A stretch of DNA of 58,095 nucleotides from an uncultured Alphaproteobacteria bacterium (GTDB taxonomy: Bacteria > Pseudomonadota > Alphaproteobacteria > UBA11222). Of the stretch, positions 8,934 through 18,173 are shown in pieces. The translations under genes were made by a program, and so were the position numbers. The stretch lies in NCBI GenBank assembly GCA_937888955.1, contig CALAQW010000177.1, positions 1-58,095 of the forward strand, in the 5' to 3' direction. Positions within the stretch are counted from its first letter, which is position 1, and every line of letters begins with the position of its first letter. The notes under the pieces are model-generated. The model did no database searches and was not told the DNA's origin. It saw only the letters and a program-made list of their open reading frames with translations.

Positions 8934-9731
8934 ATGGTCAGTCGGATGCCGCCACAGCGTTTCGAGGTTCGCCTCGCGCGGCACAAGGCGGAAGTGCAGG
9001 CGGCGCAGCGCCTGCGATATCAGGTTTTCTATGAAGAAATGGGGGCGCGGCCCGCGCCCGAGACAGCGGCAATGGCGCGTGATTGCGATCTTTTCGATTC
9101 GCTATGCGATCACCTGCTTGTCATTGACCATTGCGCGCGCAGTGACCGGACGCCGGGGGTTGTCGGTACTTACCGGCTGACGCGGCGGTCGCGTTTGCCC
9201 GGGAATCAGGAATTTTACACCGAATCCGAATTCGATCTGTGCAATCTCAAGCAGATTCCCGGCGAAATCGTCGAGCTTGGCCGCTCCTGCGTGCATCCCG
9301 AATATCGCAACCGGGCGATCCTCGACATGTTGTGGCGCGGGTTGGGCAACTATATCGCCAACTACGACATACGGTTGATGTTCGGCTGTGCGAGTTTTCC
9401 CGGCACCGATCCCGATGCGGTCGCCGAGGCACTGGCCTTTCTCGATGCCCATTGCCTGGCGCCTGAAACATTGCGCCCGCGGGCGCGACACGGGCAATAT
9501 ATCTCCATGCGGCGGCTTGGCGGCGTTTTGCCCGACCGGCGGCGGGCGCTGCGGCAGATGCCGCCGCTTATTCGCGGCTATCTGAGCGCGGGCTGCCATG
9601 TTGGCGACGGAGCGGTGATCGATACGCAGTTCAACACCACCGATATCTGCGTGATGATCGAGACCGAAAATCTGAGCGACAGCTATGCTCGCCGCTATCA
9701 GCCTGGCGCTGTGATGGCGAATGCCGCATGA
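8934..9731 (+). CDS. olsB: L-ornithine N-alpha-acyltransferase (GNAT)
   Basis: AAQRLRYQVFYEEMGA, VVGTYRL, ELGRSCVHPEYR, FGCASF, MPPLIRGYL and DTQFNTTD; coupled to a downstream PlsC-type gene. Confidence 0.8.
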   Translation: MVSRMPPQRFEVRLARHKAEVQAAQRLRYQVFYEEMGARPAPETAAMARDCDLFDSLCDHLLVIDHCARSDRTPGVVGTYRLTRRSRLPGNQEFYTESEFDLCNLKQIPGEIVELGRSCVHPEYRNRAILDMLWRGLGNYIANYDIRLMFGCASFPGTDPDAVAEALAFLDAHCLAPETLRPRARHGQYISMRRLGGVLPDRRRALRQMPPLIRGYLSAGCHVGDGAVIDTQFNTTDICVMIETENLSDSYARRYQPGAVMANAA

Positions 9732-10582
9732 ACGATCCGATTGGTGCCAGCCGCGCCTTTTGCCGGCTGCTGATATTTTTCGCGCTGACCTTGATCGCGA
9801 TGGCGGTCTACCGGGTCAGTGGTCTGGGGCGTGGTCAGGGTTCGCGCCCGGTCGCAAAATTCTGGTTCAGCGCATCAAGCCGGCTGATCGGTCTGCGGCT
9901 TGTACGGTCCGGTCTGCCGGTCACCGAGGGGCCGGTGCTCTATCTGGCCAATCATATTTCCTATCTCGACATTCTGCTGCTCGGTCAGCAGCTTGATGTG
10001 ACCTTTGTTGCCAAGTCGGAGGTGCGGGACTGGCCGTTATTCGGAACGCTTGCCGAACTGGGCGGAACATTATTTGTCAGCCGCCGCGCCGCCAGTACGC
10101 GCGATGAAGCCGCGCAGATCCGCAGCCGGCTTGCGGCGGGCGGGCGGGTCATTCTGTTTCCCGAAGGGACAAGCAGCGATGGAACCGATGTGCTGCCGTT
10201 CAAATCCGCCCTGCTTGGGCTGGCGCAGGATATCCCGGGCCTGCGCATTCAGCCGGTGACCATTGCCTATCCCCACCCGTCACGGGCAGGCGTCGATTTA
10301 CGGCCGGCCTGGTACGGGGATATGTCGCTATTGCCGCATCTATGGCAATTGCTGCAATGGCGGCGCGGACAGGCGCATTTGCGGTTCCATCCGCCTTTAC
10401 GTCTCGATCAGCGACAAATTGATCGCAAGCGTCTGGCGGTGGCCTGTCAGACGCAGATCCGGCAGGGGCTGCATCAGCTCTGTGCGCTGCCGATAGGGGT
10501 GCCCTCTGAGTTGCATGGTCAGGATGCGCCCGGCTGGCCCGAAGCAGCCCCTGAAGCAGCCTTTGAACAGGCCGTGGACTGA
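9728..10582 (+). CDS. olsA: Lyso-ornithine lipid O-acyltransferase (PlsC family)
   Basis: NHISYLD, FVAKSEV..WP and FPEGTSS motifs; ATGA overlap with olsB. Confidence 0.75.
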   Translation: MNDPIGASRAFCRLLIFFALTLIAMAVYRVSGLGRGQGSRPVAKFWFSASSRLIGLRLVRSGLPVTEGPVLYLANHISYLDILLLGQQLDVTFVAKSEVRDWPLFGTLAELGGTLFVSRRAASTRDEAAQIRSRLAAGGRVILFPEGTSSDGTDVLPFKSALLGLAQDIPGLRIQPVTIAYPHPSRAGVDLRPAWYGDMSLLPHLWQLLQWRRGQAHLRFHPPLRLDQRQIDRKRLAVACQTQIRQGLHQLCALPIGVPSELHGQDAPGWPEAAPEAAFEQAVD

Positions 10583-10610
10583 CCGACCCGTCGGCCTGCC
10601 CAGGTTACAC

Positions 10611-10666
10611 TTATGATGCCTAAGAAACAGGCATCATAAAAATGTCATATGCTTATAAATTAATCA
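10611..10666. promoter_or_regulatory. Tandem NtrC-like enhancer sites
   Basis: TGCCTAAGAAACAGGCA (TGC-N11-GCA, 10617-10633) inside an 11-bp perfect inverted repeat, and a weaker TGCTTATAAATTAATCA (10650-10666), 33 bp apart and upstream of a sigma54 promoter. Confidence 0.65.
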
Positions 10667-10762
10667 TCGCTGGTGCGGCAGCCCTAATTGTTGCGGGTAT
10701 TTAGGGCGATAAGTGGGATCGGGCAGGCCCACCTGCCCGTTGCACAACGGCTTCGCACCGGT

Positions 10763-10778
10763 TGGCACGGCCTTTGCT
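10763..10778 (+). promoter_or_regulatory. sigma54 (-24/-12) promoter of the urt-ure operon
   Basis: TGGCAC-GGCCT-TTGCT is an exact match to TGGCAC-N5-TTGCW, 45 bp before urtA. Confidence 0.85.
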
Positions 10779-10822
10779 CTCTTGAGTCCTGATCAACACC
10801 CGACGAAGGGAGAGGGGAAGCA

Positions 10823-12112
10823 ATGAAGCAGTTTTTACGTAATACAATTGCCGGCGCGGCGATGATCGGCGCGGGCCTGTCCGCAAGCCTGGCGCAGGCC
10901 GAGGAGACCATCAAGGTCGGCATCCTGCATTCTCTGTCCGGCACCATGGCGATCAGCGAAACCACGCTGAAGGACGTCATGCTGATGCTGATCGAGGAAC
11001 AGAACAAAAAAGGCGGGCTTCTTGGCAAGAAGCTGGAGCCGGTTGTCGTCGATCCGGCGTCTGACTGGCCGCTATTTGCTGAAAAGGCGCGCGAGCTGAT
11101 TTCGGTCAATGATGTGTCGGCGGTGTTTGGCTGCTGGACCAGCGTGTCGCGCAAATCCGTGCTGCCGGTGTTCGAGGAGCTGAACAATCTGCTGTTCTAT
11201 CCGGTGCAGTATGAGGGCGAGGAAAGCCAGCGCAATGTCTTCTACACGGGCGCTGCGCCGAACCAGCAGGCGATTCCCGCGGTCGATTATCTGATGAATG
11301 AAATCGGTGTGAAGCGCTGGGTTCTGGCGGGCACCGACTATGTCTATCCGCGCACGACCAACAAGATCCTTGAAGCCTATCTGAAGGCGAAAGGCGTCGC
11401 GGCGGACGATATCATGATCAACTACACCCCGTTCGGTCATTCCGACTGGCAGACGATCGTGTCCGACATCAAGAAGTTCGGCGCGGCCGGCAAGAAAACC
11501 GCCGTGGTATCAACCATCAATGGCGATGCCAATGTGCCGTTCTACAAGGAGCTTGGCAATCAGGGCATCAAGGCCGAGGATATTCCGGTTGTCGCCTTCT
11601 CGGTCGGTGAGGAAGAACTCGCCGGTCTCGACACCGGGCCGCTGGTTGGTCATCTGGCTGCCTGGAACTATTTCCAGTCCGTCGATACCGAGGTCAATGC
11701 CGAATTCATCGAGAATTGGCACAGCTTCATCAAAAGCGACAAGCGCGTGACCAATGACCCGATGGAAGCCCATTATATCGGCTTCAATATGTGGGTGAAG
11801 GCGGTCGAAAAGGCCGGCACCACTGATCCTGACGCGGTGATTGATGCGATTATCGGCGTATCGGTACCCAACCTGTCGGGCGGTTATTCCGCGATGATGC
11901 CGAACCATCACATCACAAAGCCTGTGCTGATTGGCGAAATTCAGGAAGACGGCCAGTTTGAAACCGTGTGGGAAACCTCCGGGCTGGTCGTTGGCGATGA
12001 ATGGTCGGACTATCTGCCGGACTCCAAGGATCTGATTGCCGATTGGCGCGCGCCCATGTCGTGCGGCAATTTCAACACCGAAACCGGCAAATGCGGCGGC
12101 AAGGGGTCCTGA
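10823..12112 (+). CDS. urtA: Urea ABC transporter substrate-binding protein
   Basis: Signal peptide, KVGILHSLSGTMAISE, FGCWTSVSRK and YPVQYEG motifs. Confidence 0.96.
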   Translation: MKQFLRNTIAGAAMIGAGLSASLAQAEETIKVGILHSLSGTMAISETTLKDVMLMLIEEQNKKGGLLGKKLEPVVVDPASDWPLFAEKARELISVNDVSAVFGCWTSVSRKSVLPVFEELNNLLFYPVQYEGEESQRNVFYTGAAPNQQAIPAVDYLMNEIGVKRWVLAGTDYVYPRTTNKILEAYLKAKGVAADDIMINYTPFGHSDWQTIVSDIKKFGAAGKKTAVVSTINGDANVPFYKELGNQGIKAEDIPVVAFSVGEEELAGLDTGPLVGHLAAWNYFQSVDTEVNAEFIENWHSFIKSDKRVTNDPMEAHYIGFNMWVKAVEKAGTTDPDAVIDAIIGVSVPNLSGGYSAMMPNHHITKPVLIGEIQEDGQFETVWETSGLVVGDEWSDYLPDSKDLIADWRAPMSCGNFNTETGKCGGKGS

Positions 12113-12121
12113 TCGCGGGCC

Positions 12122-12163
12122 GGATATCCCGGGCGGGGTTTTGCGCCGCGCGCCGGGATATCC
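12122..12163 (+). terminator. Intercistronic stem-loop between urtA and urtB
   Basis: GGATATCCCGG ... CCGGGATATCC 11-bp inverted repeat just after the urtA stop. It has no U-tract, so it may be an mRNA-stabilising hairpin rather than a terminator. Confidence 0.5.
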
Positions 12164-12300
12164 AGCTGCCGACTGACAGGGCGCTGATTTTGCGTTAAAC
12201 AGGAAGGCACAGGCCGCGTTCCAGGCGGGGCGCGGCCGTGTCATACCGGACAGCGATCGGGGCGTTGTCCTTACTGTATCTATCTTGCAATGGGGAATTC

Positions 12301-13938
12301 ATGCCACGTTGTCTGGCATATCTGACCGTTTTGCTTATGGCGGCGCTGCTTCTTGCGGCGCCGTTGCGGGCGGCGGATCTGGGGCCGCTGATCGCCAATC
12401 TCGCGGAAGGCGGTTTCAAGGATACGGCGCGCGCCGTCGATGAGCTGGCCGCGACCGGTGATCCGGATGCCGTTCCGGTCTTGTCTGCCCTGCTTGAGGG
12501 CGCGCTTTATCAGCGTAAATCGGACAAAAAGATATTCCGGGCCGAAAAGGTCGGCCGTGAGCTGCAGCTGTTCGATCCGATTACCGGCGCGCCGGTCGAT
12601 ATCGTCGGGAAACGCGCAGCCGAGAAAATCAAGGTCAATAACCGTCTGCGCAAGCAGATCAGGGGCGCGCTTGGCACGCTGACACTTGTCAGCCCCGACC
12701 CCGATCAGCGCCGCAACGGTGCGGATGCGGTTTTCAAGACGCCGGCCCCTGAAAATGCCCCCCTGTTGCGCGCCGCGATCGCCAAGGAAACTGACGAAGC
12801 TGTGCAGCGGCGGATGCAGCGCGCGCTCGCCGCGGTGACGCTGCGCCACGATTCCGATCCGGCCGCCCGAATTGCGGCGGTCAAGACCCTGGGAAGCTTC
12901 ACCGATCAGGAGGTGCGCGGCGTCTTGAGCGCGGTGCTTCTGACAGATCAGGACGGCAGCCCCCTTGAAGCGGATGCACAATTGCGCGCGGCGGCCGCCA
13001 CCGCCCTTGCGGAGGTGGAAAGCCGGCTTGAGTTCTGGGCGATCGCCGAATCGATATTTCACGGGCTCAGCCTCGGTTCGGTGCTGCTGCTCGCGGCGAT
13101 CGGGCTTGCCATCACTTTCGGGGTGATGGGGGTTATCAATATGGCGCATGGCGAGATGGTGATGCTGGGCGCCTATACCACCTTTATCATTCAGGAAATT
13201 ATCCGCGCCACCAATCCCGGCCTGTTTGATTATTCCCTGTTTATCGCGGTGCCGGCCGCCTTTCTGGTTGCCGGCGCGGTCGGGGTCGGGATCGAACGCG
13301 GGGTGATCCGTTTTCTCTATGGCCGGCCGCTTGAAACCTTGCTTGCGACCTGGGGGCTTAGTCTTATCCTGCAGCAGACCGTGCGCTCGATCTTCGGGCC
13401 GACCAACAAGGAGGTTGGCACCCCGAGCTGGATGAGCGGCGCGCTCGAATTCGATAGCGGGCTCGTGCTGACCTATAACCGGCTTGCGATTATCTTCTTC
13501 GCGCTTGCGGTCCTGGCGATTTTGATGCTGCTGCTGCGCTATACCGCTTTCGGGCTGCGGATGCGCGCGGTCACCCAGAATCGCGGCATGGCGAGTGCGA
13601 TGGGCATCCGCACCGGACAGATCGATGCGCTGACTTTCGGGCTCGGTTCCGGGATTGCCGGCATGGCCGGTGTGGCGCTCAGCCAGATCGACAATGTCAG
13701 CCCCAATCTCGGCCAGGCCTATATCGTTGATTCCTTCATGGTGGTCGTGTTTGGCGGGGTCGGCAATCTGTGGGGCACGTTCTTTGGCGGTATGAGCCTT
13801 GGGCTTGTGAATAAATTCCTCGAACCCTATGCGGGGGCGGTGCTTGGCAAGATTATCGTGCTTGTCGCCATCATCCTGTTCATTCAGCGCCGGCCCAGGG
13901 GCCTGTTCGCGCTGAAGGGCCGCGCGGTGGAGAACTGA
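12301..13938 (+). CDS. urtB: Urea ABC transporter permease with N-terminal periplasmic helical domain
   Basis: GLAITFGVMGVINMAHGE, RPLETLLATWG and VDSFMVVVFGG motifs. Confidence 0.93.
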   Translation: MPRCLAYLTVLLMAALLLAAPLRAADLGPLIANLAEGGFKDTARAVDELAATGDPDAVPVLSALLEGALYQRKSDKKIFRAEKVGRELQLFDPITGAPVDIVGKRAAEKIKVNNRLRKQIRGALGTLTLVSPDPDQRRNGADAVFKTPAPENAPLLRAAIAKETDEAVQRRMQRALAAVTLRHDSDPAARIAAVKTLGSFTDQEVRGVLSAVLLTDQDGSPLEADAQLRAAAATALAEVESRLEFWAIAESIFHGLSLGSVLLLAAIGLAITFGVMGVINMAHGEMVMLGAYTTFIIQEIIRATNPGLFDYSLFIAVPAAFLVAGAVGVGIERGVIRFLYGRPLETLLATWGLSLILQQTVRSIFGPTNKEVGTPSWMSGALEFDSGLVLTYNRLAIIFFALAVLAILMLLLRYTAFGLRMRAVTQNRGMASAMGIRTGQIDALTFGLGSGIAGMAGVALSQIDNVSPNLGQAYIVDSFMVVVFGGVGNLWGTFFGGMSLGLVNKFLEPYAGAVLGKIIVLVAIILFIQRRPRGLFALKGRAVEN

Positions 13939-13941
13939 GCC

Positions 13942-15120
13942 ATGTCGTCGGTTGCACATACGCCCGCGCTGCGTACCGGTCCGCTGACCGGATTGCTGAT
14001 GTCCCTGCCGCTTGGCGGCAAGATCATGCTCGCGCTGCTGACGCTTGCAGCGCTGCTGGTGCCGCTTCTCAATCTCGCGGTGCCGGCGGATTCGTTTTTC
14101 CATGTACCGGCTTACATGGTGGCCCTGCTTGGCAAATATCTTTGCTATGCGCTGCTTGCGCTCAGTGTCGATCTGGTCTGGGGGTTCTGCGGTATCCTCA
14201 GTCTCGGGCACGGGGCGTTCTTCGCGCTCGGCGGCTATGCGATGGGCATGTATCTGATGCGCCAGATCGGCCCGCGTGGCGTGTATGGCGATCCGGTCCT
14301 GCCCGATTTCATGGTGTTCCTGAACTGGCAGGAACTGCCCTGGTTCTGGTACGGCTTCGATCTGTTTCCCTTCGCCATGGCGATGGTGCTGCTTGCGCCG
14401 GGATTGCTTGCATTTCTGTTTGGCTGGCTTGCATTCCGCAGCCGTGTCACCGGCGTCTATCTGTCGATCATCACCCAGGCGATGACCTATGCGCTGATGC
14501 TGGCTTTCTTCCGCAACGATATGGGATTTGGCGGCAATAACGGGCTGACCGATTTCAAGGATCTGCTCGGCTTTGATCTGCAGTCGGATGCAACCCGCAG
14601 CGGTCTGTTCGTGGCCAGTGCGGTGTCGCTGGCGCTTGGCTATCTGATCTGTGCCGCGATCGTGCGGTCGAAATTCGGTCGCGTGCTGGAGGCGATCCGG
14701 GATGCGGAAAGCCGGGTGCGGTTTCTCGGTTACCGGGTGGAATATTACAAGCTGTTCGTCTTTACCCTGTCGGCGATGATGGCCGGGGTCGCGGGCGCGC
14801 TTTACGTGCCCCAGGTCGGGATCATCAATCCGGCTGAATTCGCCCCCGCCAATTCCATCGAGATCGTGATCTGGGTCGCGGTCGGCGGGCGCGGCACCCT
14901 GTATGGCGCGGCACTCGGTGCGATTCTCGTCAATTACGCCAAGACCTATTTCACCGGTGCATTGCCCGAGATCTGGCTGTTCATGCTGGGGGCGCTGTTT
15001 GTTGCGGTGACGCTGTTCATGCCCAAGGGTATTGTCGGATTGCTGCGGCAGGCAGGCCGCAACGGCCTGTTGGGCGCGCTTTACGGCCGTGGCCGGACGC
15101 AAGAGGAGCAAGGCGCATGA
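13942..15120 (+). CDS. urtC: Urea ABC transporter permease
   Basis: GILSLGHGAFF, GVYLSIITQA, GGNNGLTDF and WVAVGGRGTL motifs. Confidence 0.95.
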   Translation: MSSVAHTPALRTGPLTGLLMSLPLGGKIMLALLTLAALLVPLLNLAVPADSFFHVPAYMVALLGKYLCYALLALSVDLVWGFCGILSLGHGAFFALGGYAMGMYLMRQIGPRGVYGDPVLPDFMVFLNWQELPWFWYGFDLFPFAMAMVLLAPGLLAFLFGWLAFRSRVTGVYLSIITQAMTYALMLAFFRNDMGFGGNNGLTDFKDLLGFDLQSDATRSGLFVASAVSLALGYLICAAIVRSKFGRVLEAIRDAESRVRFLGYRVEYYKLFVFTLSAMMAGVAGALYVPQVGIINPAEFAPANSIEIVIWVAVGGRGTLYGAALGAILVNYAKTYFTGALPEIWLFMLGALFVAVTLFMPKGIVGLLRQAGRNGLLGALYGRGRTQEEQGA

Positions 15121-15896
15121 ACAGCCCCGCCGATGATCGCCCGCATGTGCTGCGGGCGCAGGATGTGATGCTCTATCTCAGCGGCGTCACGGTGAGTTTC
15201 GATGGTTTCAAGGCGCTCAATAATCTCAGCCTCTATATCCGGCCCGGCGAGATGCGCGCGATCATCGGTCCGAACGGCGCGGGCAAGACGACGATGATGG
15301 ATGTCATCACCGGCAAGACCCGCGCGGATGAGGGCGATGTCTATTTCAATGGTGATGTCGATCTGTCGAAACTCGACGAGGCGGCGATCGCCAATCTCGG
15401 TATCGGGCGCAAGTTCCAGAAGCCCACGATTTTCGAAAATCTCACCGTTTTCGAAAATCTCGAACTGGCGCTCAAGACCGACCGGGGACCTTTTGCCACG
15501 CTCTTGTTCCGGCTCGACAAGACGCAGGCGGCACGCATCGACGAGGTGTTGCAGACCATCTCGCTCACCGAACAGTGCGGCATGCAGGCCGGTGCCCTGT
15601 CGCACGGGCAAAAGCAATGGCTCGAAATCGGCATGCTGCTGATGCAGGATCCCGAACTTCTGCTGGTCGATGAACCCGTTGCCGGCATGACGGATGCGGA
15701 AACCGATCAGACAGCGGATCTGTTGCGCACGATCGCGCGCGAACGTTCGGTCATCGTGGTCGAGCATGACATGGAATTCGTGCGCCGGCTCGATACCATG
15801 GTGACGGTGCTGCATGAAGGCTCGGTGCTGGCGGAAGGTTCGCTCGCGCGGGTGCAGGCCGATGAACGTGTGATCGAAGTTTATCTGGGGCGCTAG
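15117..15896 (+). CDS. urtD: Urea ABC transporter ATP-binding protein
   Basis: Walker A GPNGAGKT, LSHGQKQWLEIGM, DEPVAGM and C-terminal EVYLGR. Confidence 0.95.
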   Translation: MNSPADDRPHVLRAQDVMLYLSGVTVSFDGFKALNNLSLYIRPGEMRAIIGPNGAGKTTMMDVITGKTRADEGDVYFNGDVDLSKLDEAAIANLGIGRKFQKPTIFENLTVFENLELALKTDRGPFATLLFRLDKTQAARIDEVLQTISLTEQCGMQAGALSHGQKQWLEIGMLLMQDPELLLVDEPVAGMTDAETDQTADLLRTIARERSVIVVEHDMEFVRRLDTMVTVLHEGSVLAEGSLARVQADERVIEVYLGR

Positions 15897-15901
15897 AGCA
15901 C

Positions 15902-16597
15902 ATGCTGCAAGTCGACAATATCGATCTCTATTACGGTGCGAGCCAGGCATTGCGCGGCGTCAGCCTGTCAGCGCAGCTCGGGGCGGTCACCTGCATCATG
16001 GGGCGCAACGGGGTTGGCAAGACAAGTCTGCTGCGCGCCATTGTCGGGCAGCAGCCGATCCGTGGCGGCGCGATCAGATGGGAGGAAAAGGATGTGTCCG
16101 CCCTGCCGCCCTATGAGCGGGCGCGGCGCGGCATCGCCTATGTGCCGCAGGGGCGCGAGATCTTCCCCCTGCTGACGGTTGAGGAAAATCTGCGCACCGC
16201 ATTTGCCGCGACCCCGCGCAAGGAACATTATGTCCCCGACGATATCTATGATTTATTCCCTGTACTGAAAGATATGCTGCGCCGGCGCGGCGGCGATCTG
16301 AGCGGCGGTCAGCAGCAGCAGCTTGCCATCGCCCGTGCGCTTGTCACCCGGCCGCGCCTGCTGATCCTCGATGAACCGACAGAAGGGATCCAGCCTTCCA
16401 TCATCAAGGATATCGAAAATATCATCGGTATCCTGCGCGACCGGGGCGGTATGGCGATCCTGCTTGTCGAGCAGTATTTCGAGTTCGCCCGCGATCTGGC
16501 TGATGAATTCGCGGTGATGGAACGCGGCGAGGTCGTGCTTGCGGGGCCGGCGCGCGAAATGGATGAGGAAGATGTCCGCCGTTACCTCACCGTTTGA
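15902..16597 (+). CDS. urtE: Urea ABC transporter ATP-binding protein
   Basis: GRNGVGKT, LSGGQQQQLAIAR and DEPTEGIQPSI motifs. Confidence 0.95.
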   Translation: MLQVDNIDLYYGASQALRGVSLSAQLGAVTCIMGRNGVGKTSLLRAIVGQQPIRGGAIRWEEKDVSALPPYERARRGIAYVPQGREIFPLLTVEENLRTAFAATPRKEHYVPDDIYDLFPVLKDMLRRRGGDLSGGQQQQLAIARALVTRPRLLILDEPTEGIQPSIIKDIENIIGILRDRGGMAILLVEQYFEFARDLADEFAVMERGEVVLAGPAREMDEEDVRRYLTV

Positions 16598-17510
16598 GAC
16601 CCCGGCGCCCGGACCGGCCGCACCGCATGGGTCTTCGGTTGAACCGCCGCCCCGAATGGGGGGAGAGGCCGCGGCGCAGCCCTGGCGGCAGCAGGTGCAT
16701 GGCCATGCGGCGGTGCGCTTTGCGCGCCGCGCCGGTGCCGACCGGCTGACACATCTTGCGCATCACGATCCGTTGCGGGTGCTGTTTCCCAGGCCCGCCC
16801 GTGGCGACATTCCGCTTGCCGCGCTGGTCAACAGTTCGGGCGGCATGGTGGCGGGGGACCGTCTCGATATTGCCTTTTCGGTGGGTGCGGGCGCGCGGGG
16901 CATGGCGCTTGGCTCGGCGGCGGAAAAGATCTACCGCTCCCCCGCTGCGGCGTGCGAGATCACGGTAACGCTCGAGGCCGGTGCGGGGGCCTGGCTTGAA
17001 TGGCTGCCGCAGGAAACCATTCTGTTCGAGGGCGCGCGTTTCCGCCGCTGCAACCGGGTGAACCTTGCCGCCGATGCGCAGCTGCTTGCCGGTGAGATCC
17101 TGATCTTCGGTCGCGCCGCCCATGGCGAGGATCTGACAAGCGGTGCGATAGCGGACCGGTGGGAACTTTATCGCGAAGGCCGGCTTGTCTGGGCTGATAT
17201 TCTGCGCATGGAGGGGGATCTGACGCGCGTGCTGCATGCGCCCGCGGGCCTTGCCGGGGCGCGCGCGATGGCGACGCTGATCTATGCGGGGCCTGATGCC
17301 GCCGATATGCTGTCTGTGGCGCGCGATCTGTTGCCTGTGTCTGATGCTGATCTGCGTGTTGCGGCGAGTGTTGTCAATGACGTGCTGGTGCTGCGCTGGC
17401 TTGGCAATGCGCCTGAGCATTTGCGGGTCGCCTATGGCGCGTTCTGGGGTGCGATGCGCGCCCGGCTTGCGCGATTGCCCGCAACATTGCCGCGGCTTTG
17501 GTATATCTGA
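16572..17510 (+). CDS. ureD: Urease accessory protein UreD
   Basis: NSSGGMVAGD, AAEKIYRS, EWLPQETILF and C-terminal LPRLW. Start uncertain (16572 or 16656). Confidence 0.9.
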   Translation: MSAVTSPFETPAPGPAAPHGSSVEPPPRMGGEAAAQPWRQQVHGHAAVRFARRAGADRLTHLAHHDPLRVLFPRPARGDIPLAALVNSSGGMVAGDRLDIAFSVGAGARGMALGSAAEKIYRSPAAACEITVTLEAGAGAWLEWLPQETILFEGARFRRCNRVNLAADAQLLAGEILIFGRAAHGEDLTSGAIADRWELYREGRLVWADILRMEGDLTRVLHAPAGLAGARAMATLIYAGPDAADMLSVARDLLPVSDADLRVAASVVNDVLVLRWLGNAPEHLRVAYGAFWGAMRARLARLPATLPRLWYI

Positions 17511-17543
17511 ACGACGGACCGTCAGGTCCGGGGAGGGGAAGCG

Positions 17544-17846
17544 ATGAACCTGTCACCGAGGGAAAAAGACAAGCTGCTTGTCGCGATGGCGGCGATGGTG
17601 GCGCGCCGGCGGCTTGAACGCGGCGTGCGGCTGAACTATCCCGAAGCGGTGGCCCTGATCACCGATTATGTTGTCGAGGGCGCGCGCGATGGCCGTTCGG
17701 TCGCCGATCTGATGCGTGACGGGGCGAGTGTCCTGCGCCGCGAGCAGGTGATGGACGGGATTGCCGAGATGCTGCATGAAATTCAGGTCGAGGCGACATT
17801 TCCCGATGGCACCAAGCTTGTCACCGTTCACGAACCGATCCGTTAG
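17544..17846 (+). CDS. ureA: Urease gamma subunit
   Basis: [11 protein letters not shown] ... [19 protein letters not shown]. Confidence 0.98.
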   Translation: MNLSPREKDKLLVAMAAMVARRRLERGVRLNYPEAVALITDYVVEGARDGRSVADLMRDGASVLRREQVMDGIAEMLHEIQVEATFPDGTKLVTVHEPIR

Positions 17847-17858
17847 GGGGAGCGCGCA

Positions 17859-18170
17859 ATGAAGCCCGGAGAAATTATCTGCGCCGAGGGCGAGATCACG
17901 CTGAATGAAGGGCGCGAGACGCGCACCCTGTCTGTGGCCAATAGCGGCGACCGGCCTGTGCAGGTCGGTTCGCATTATCATTTCCATGAAACCAACAGCG
18001 CGCTGTCATTCGACCGCGAAGCGGCGCGGGGGTTTCGCCTCGATATTCCGGCGGGCACCGCGGTGCGGTTCGAGCCGGGCCAGACGCGCGAGGTGCGGCT
18101 TGTCGCCTATGCCGGCGCGCGCCGGGTGTTCGGATTTAACGGCGCGGTCAACGGCCCGCTCGGAGGATAG
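17859..18170 (+). CDS. ureB: Urease beta subunit
   Basis: [13 protein letters not shown] and [14 protein letters not shown] motifs. Confidence 0.98.
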   Translation: MKPGEIICAEGEITLNEGRETRTLSVANSGDRPVQVGSHYHFHETNSALSFDREAARGFRLDIPAGTAVRFEPGQTREVRLVAYAGARRVFGFNGAVNGPLGG

Positions 18171-18173
18171 ATC

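Noticed and set aside
12280-15111. 943-aa minus-strand ORF opposite urtB-urtC
   Set aside because: Antisense shadow of well-conserved genes. High-GC codon bias suppresses stops on the opposite strand, and no domain is recognisable.
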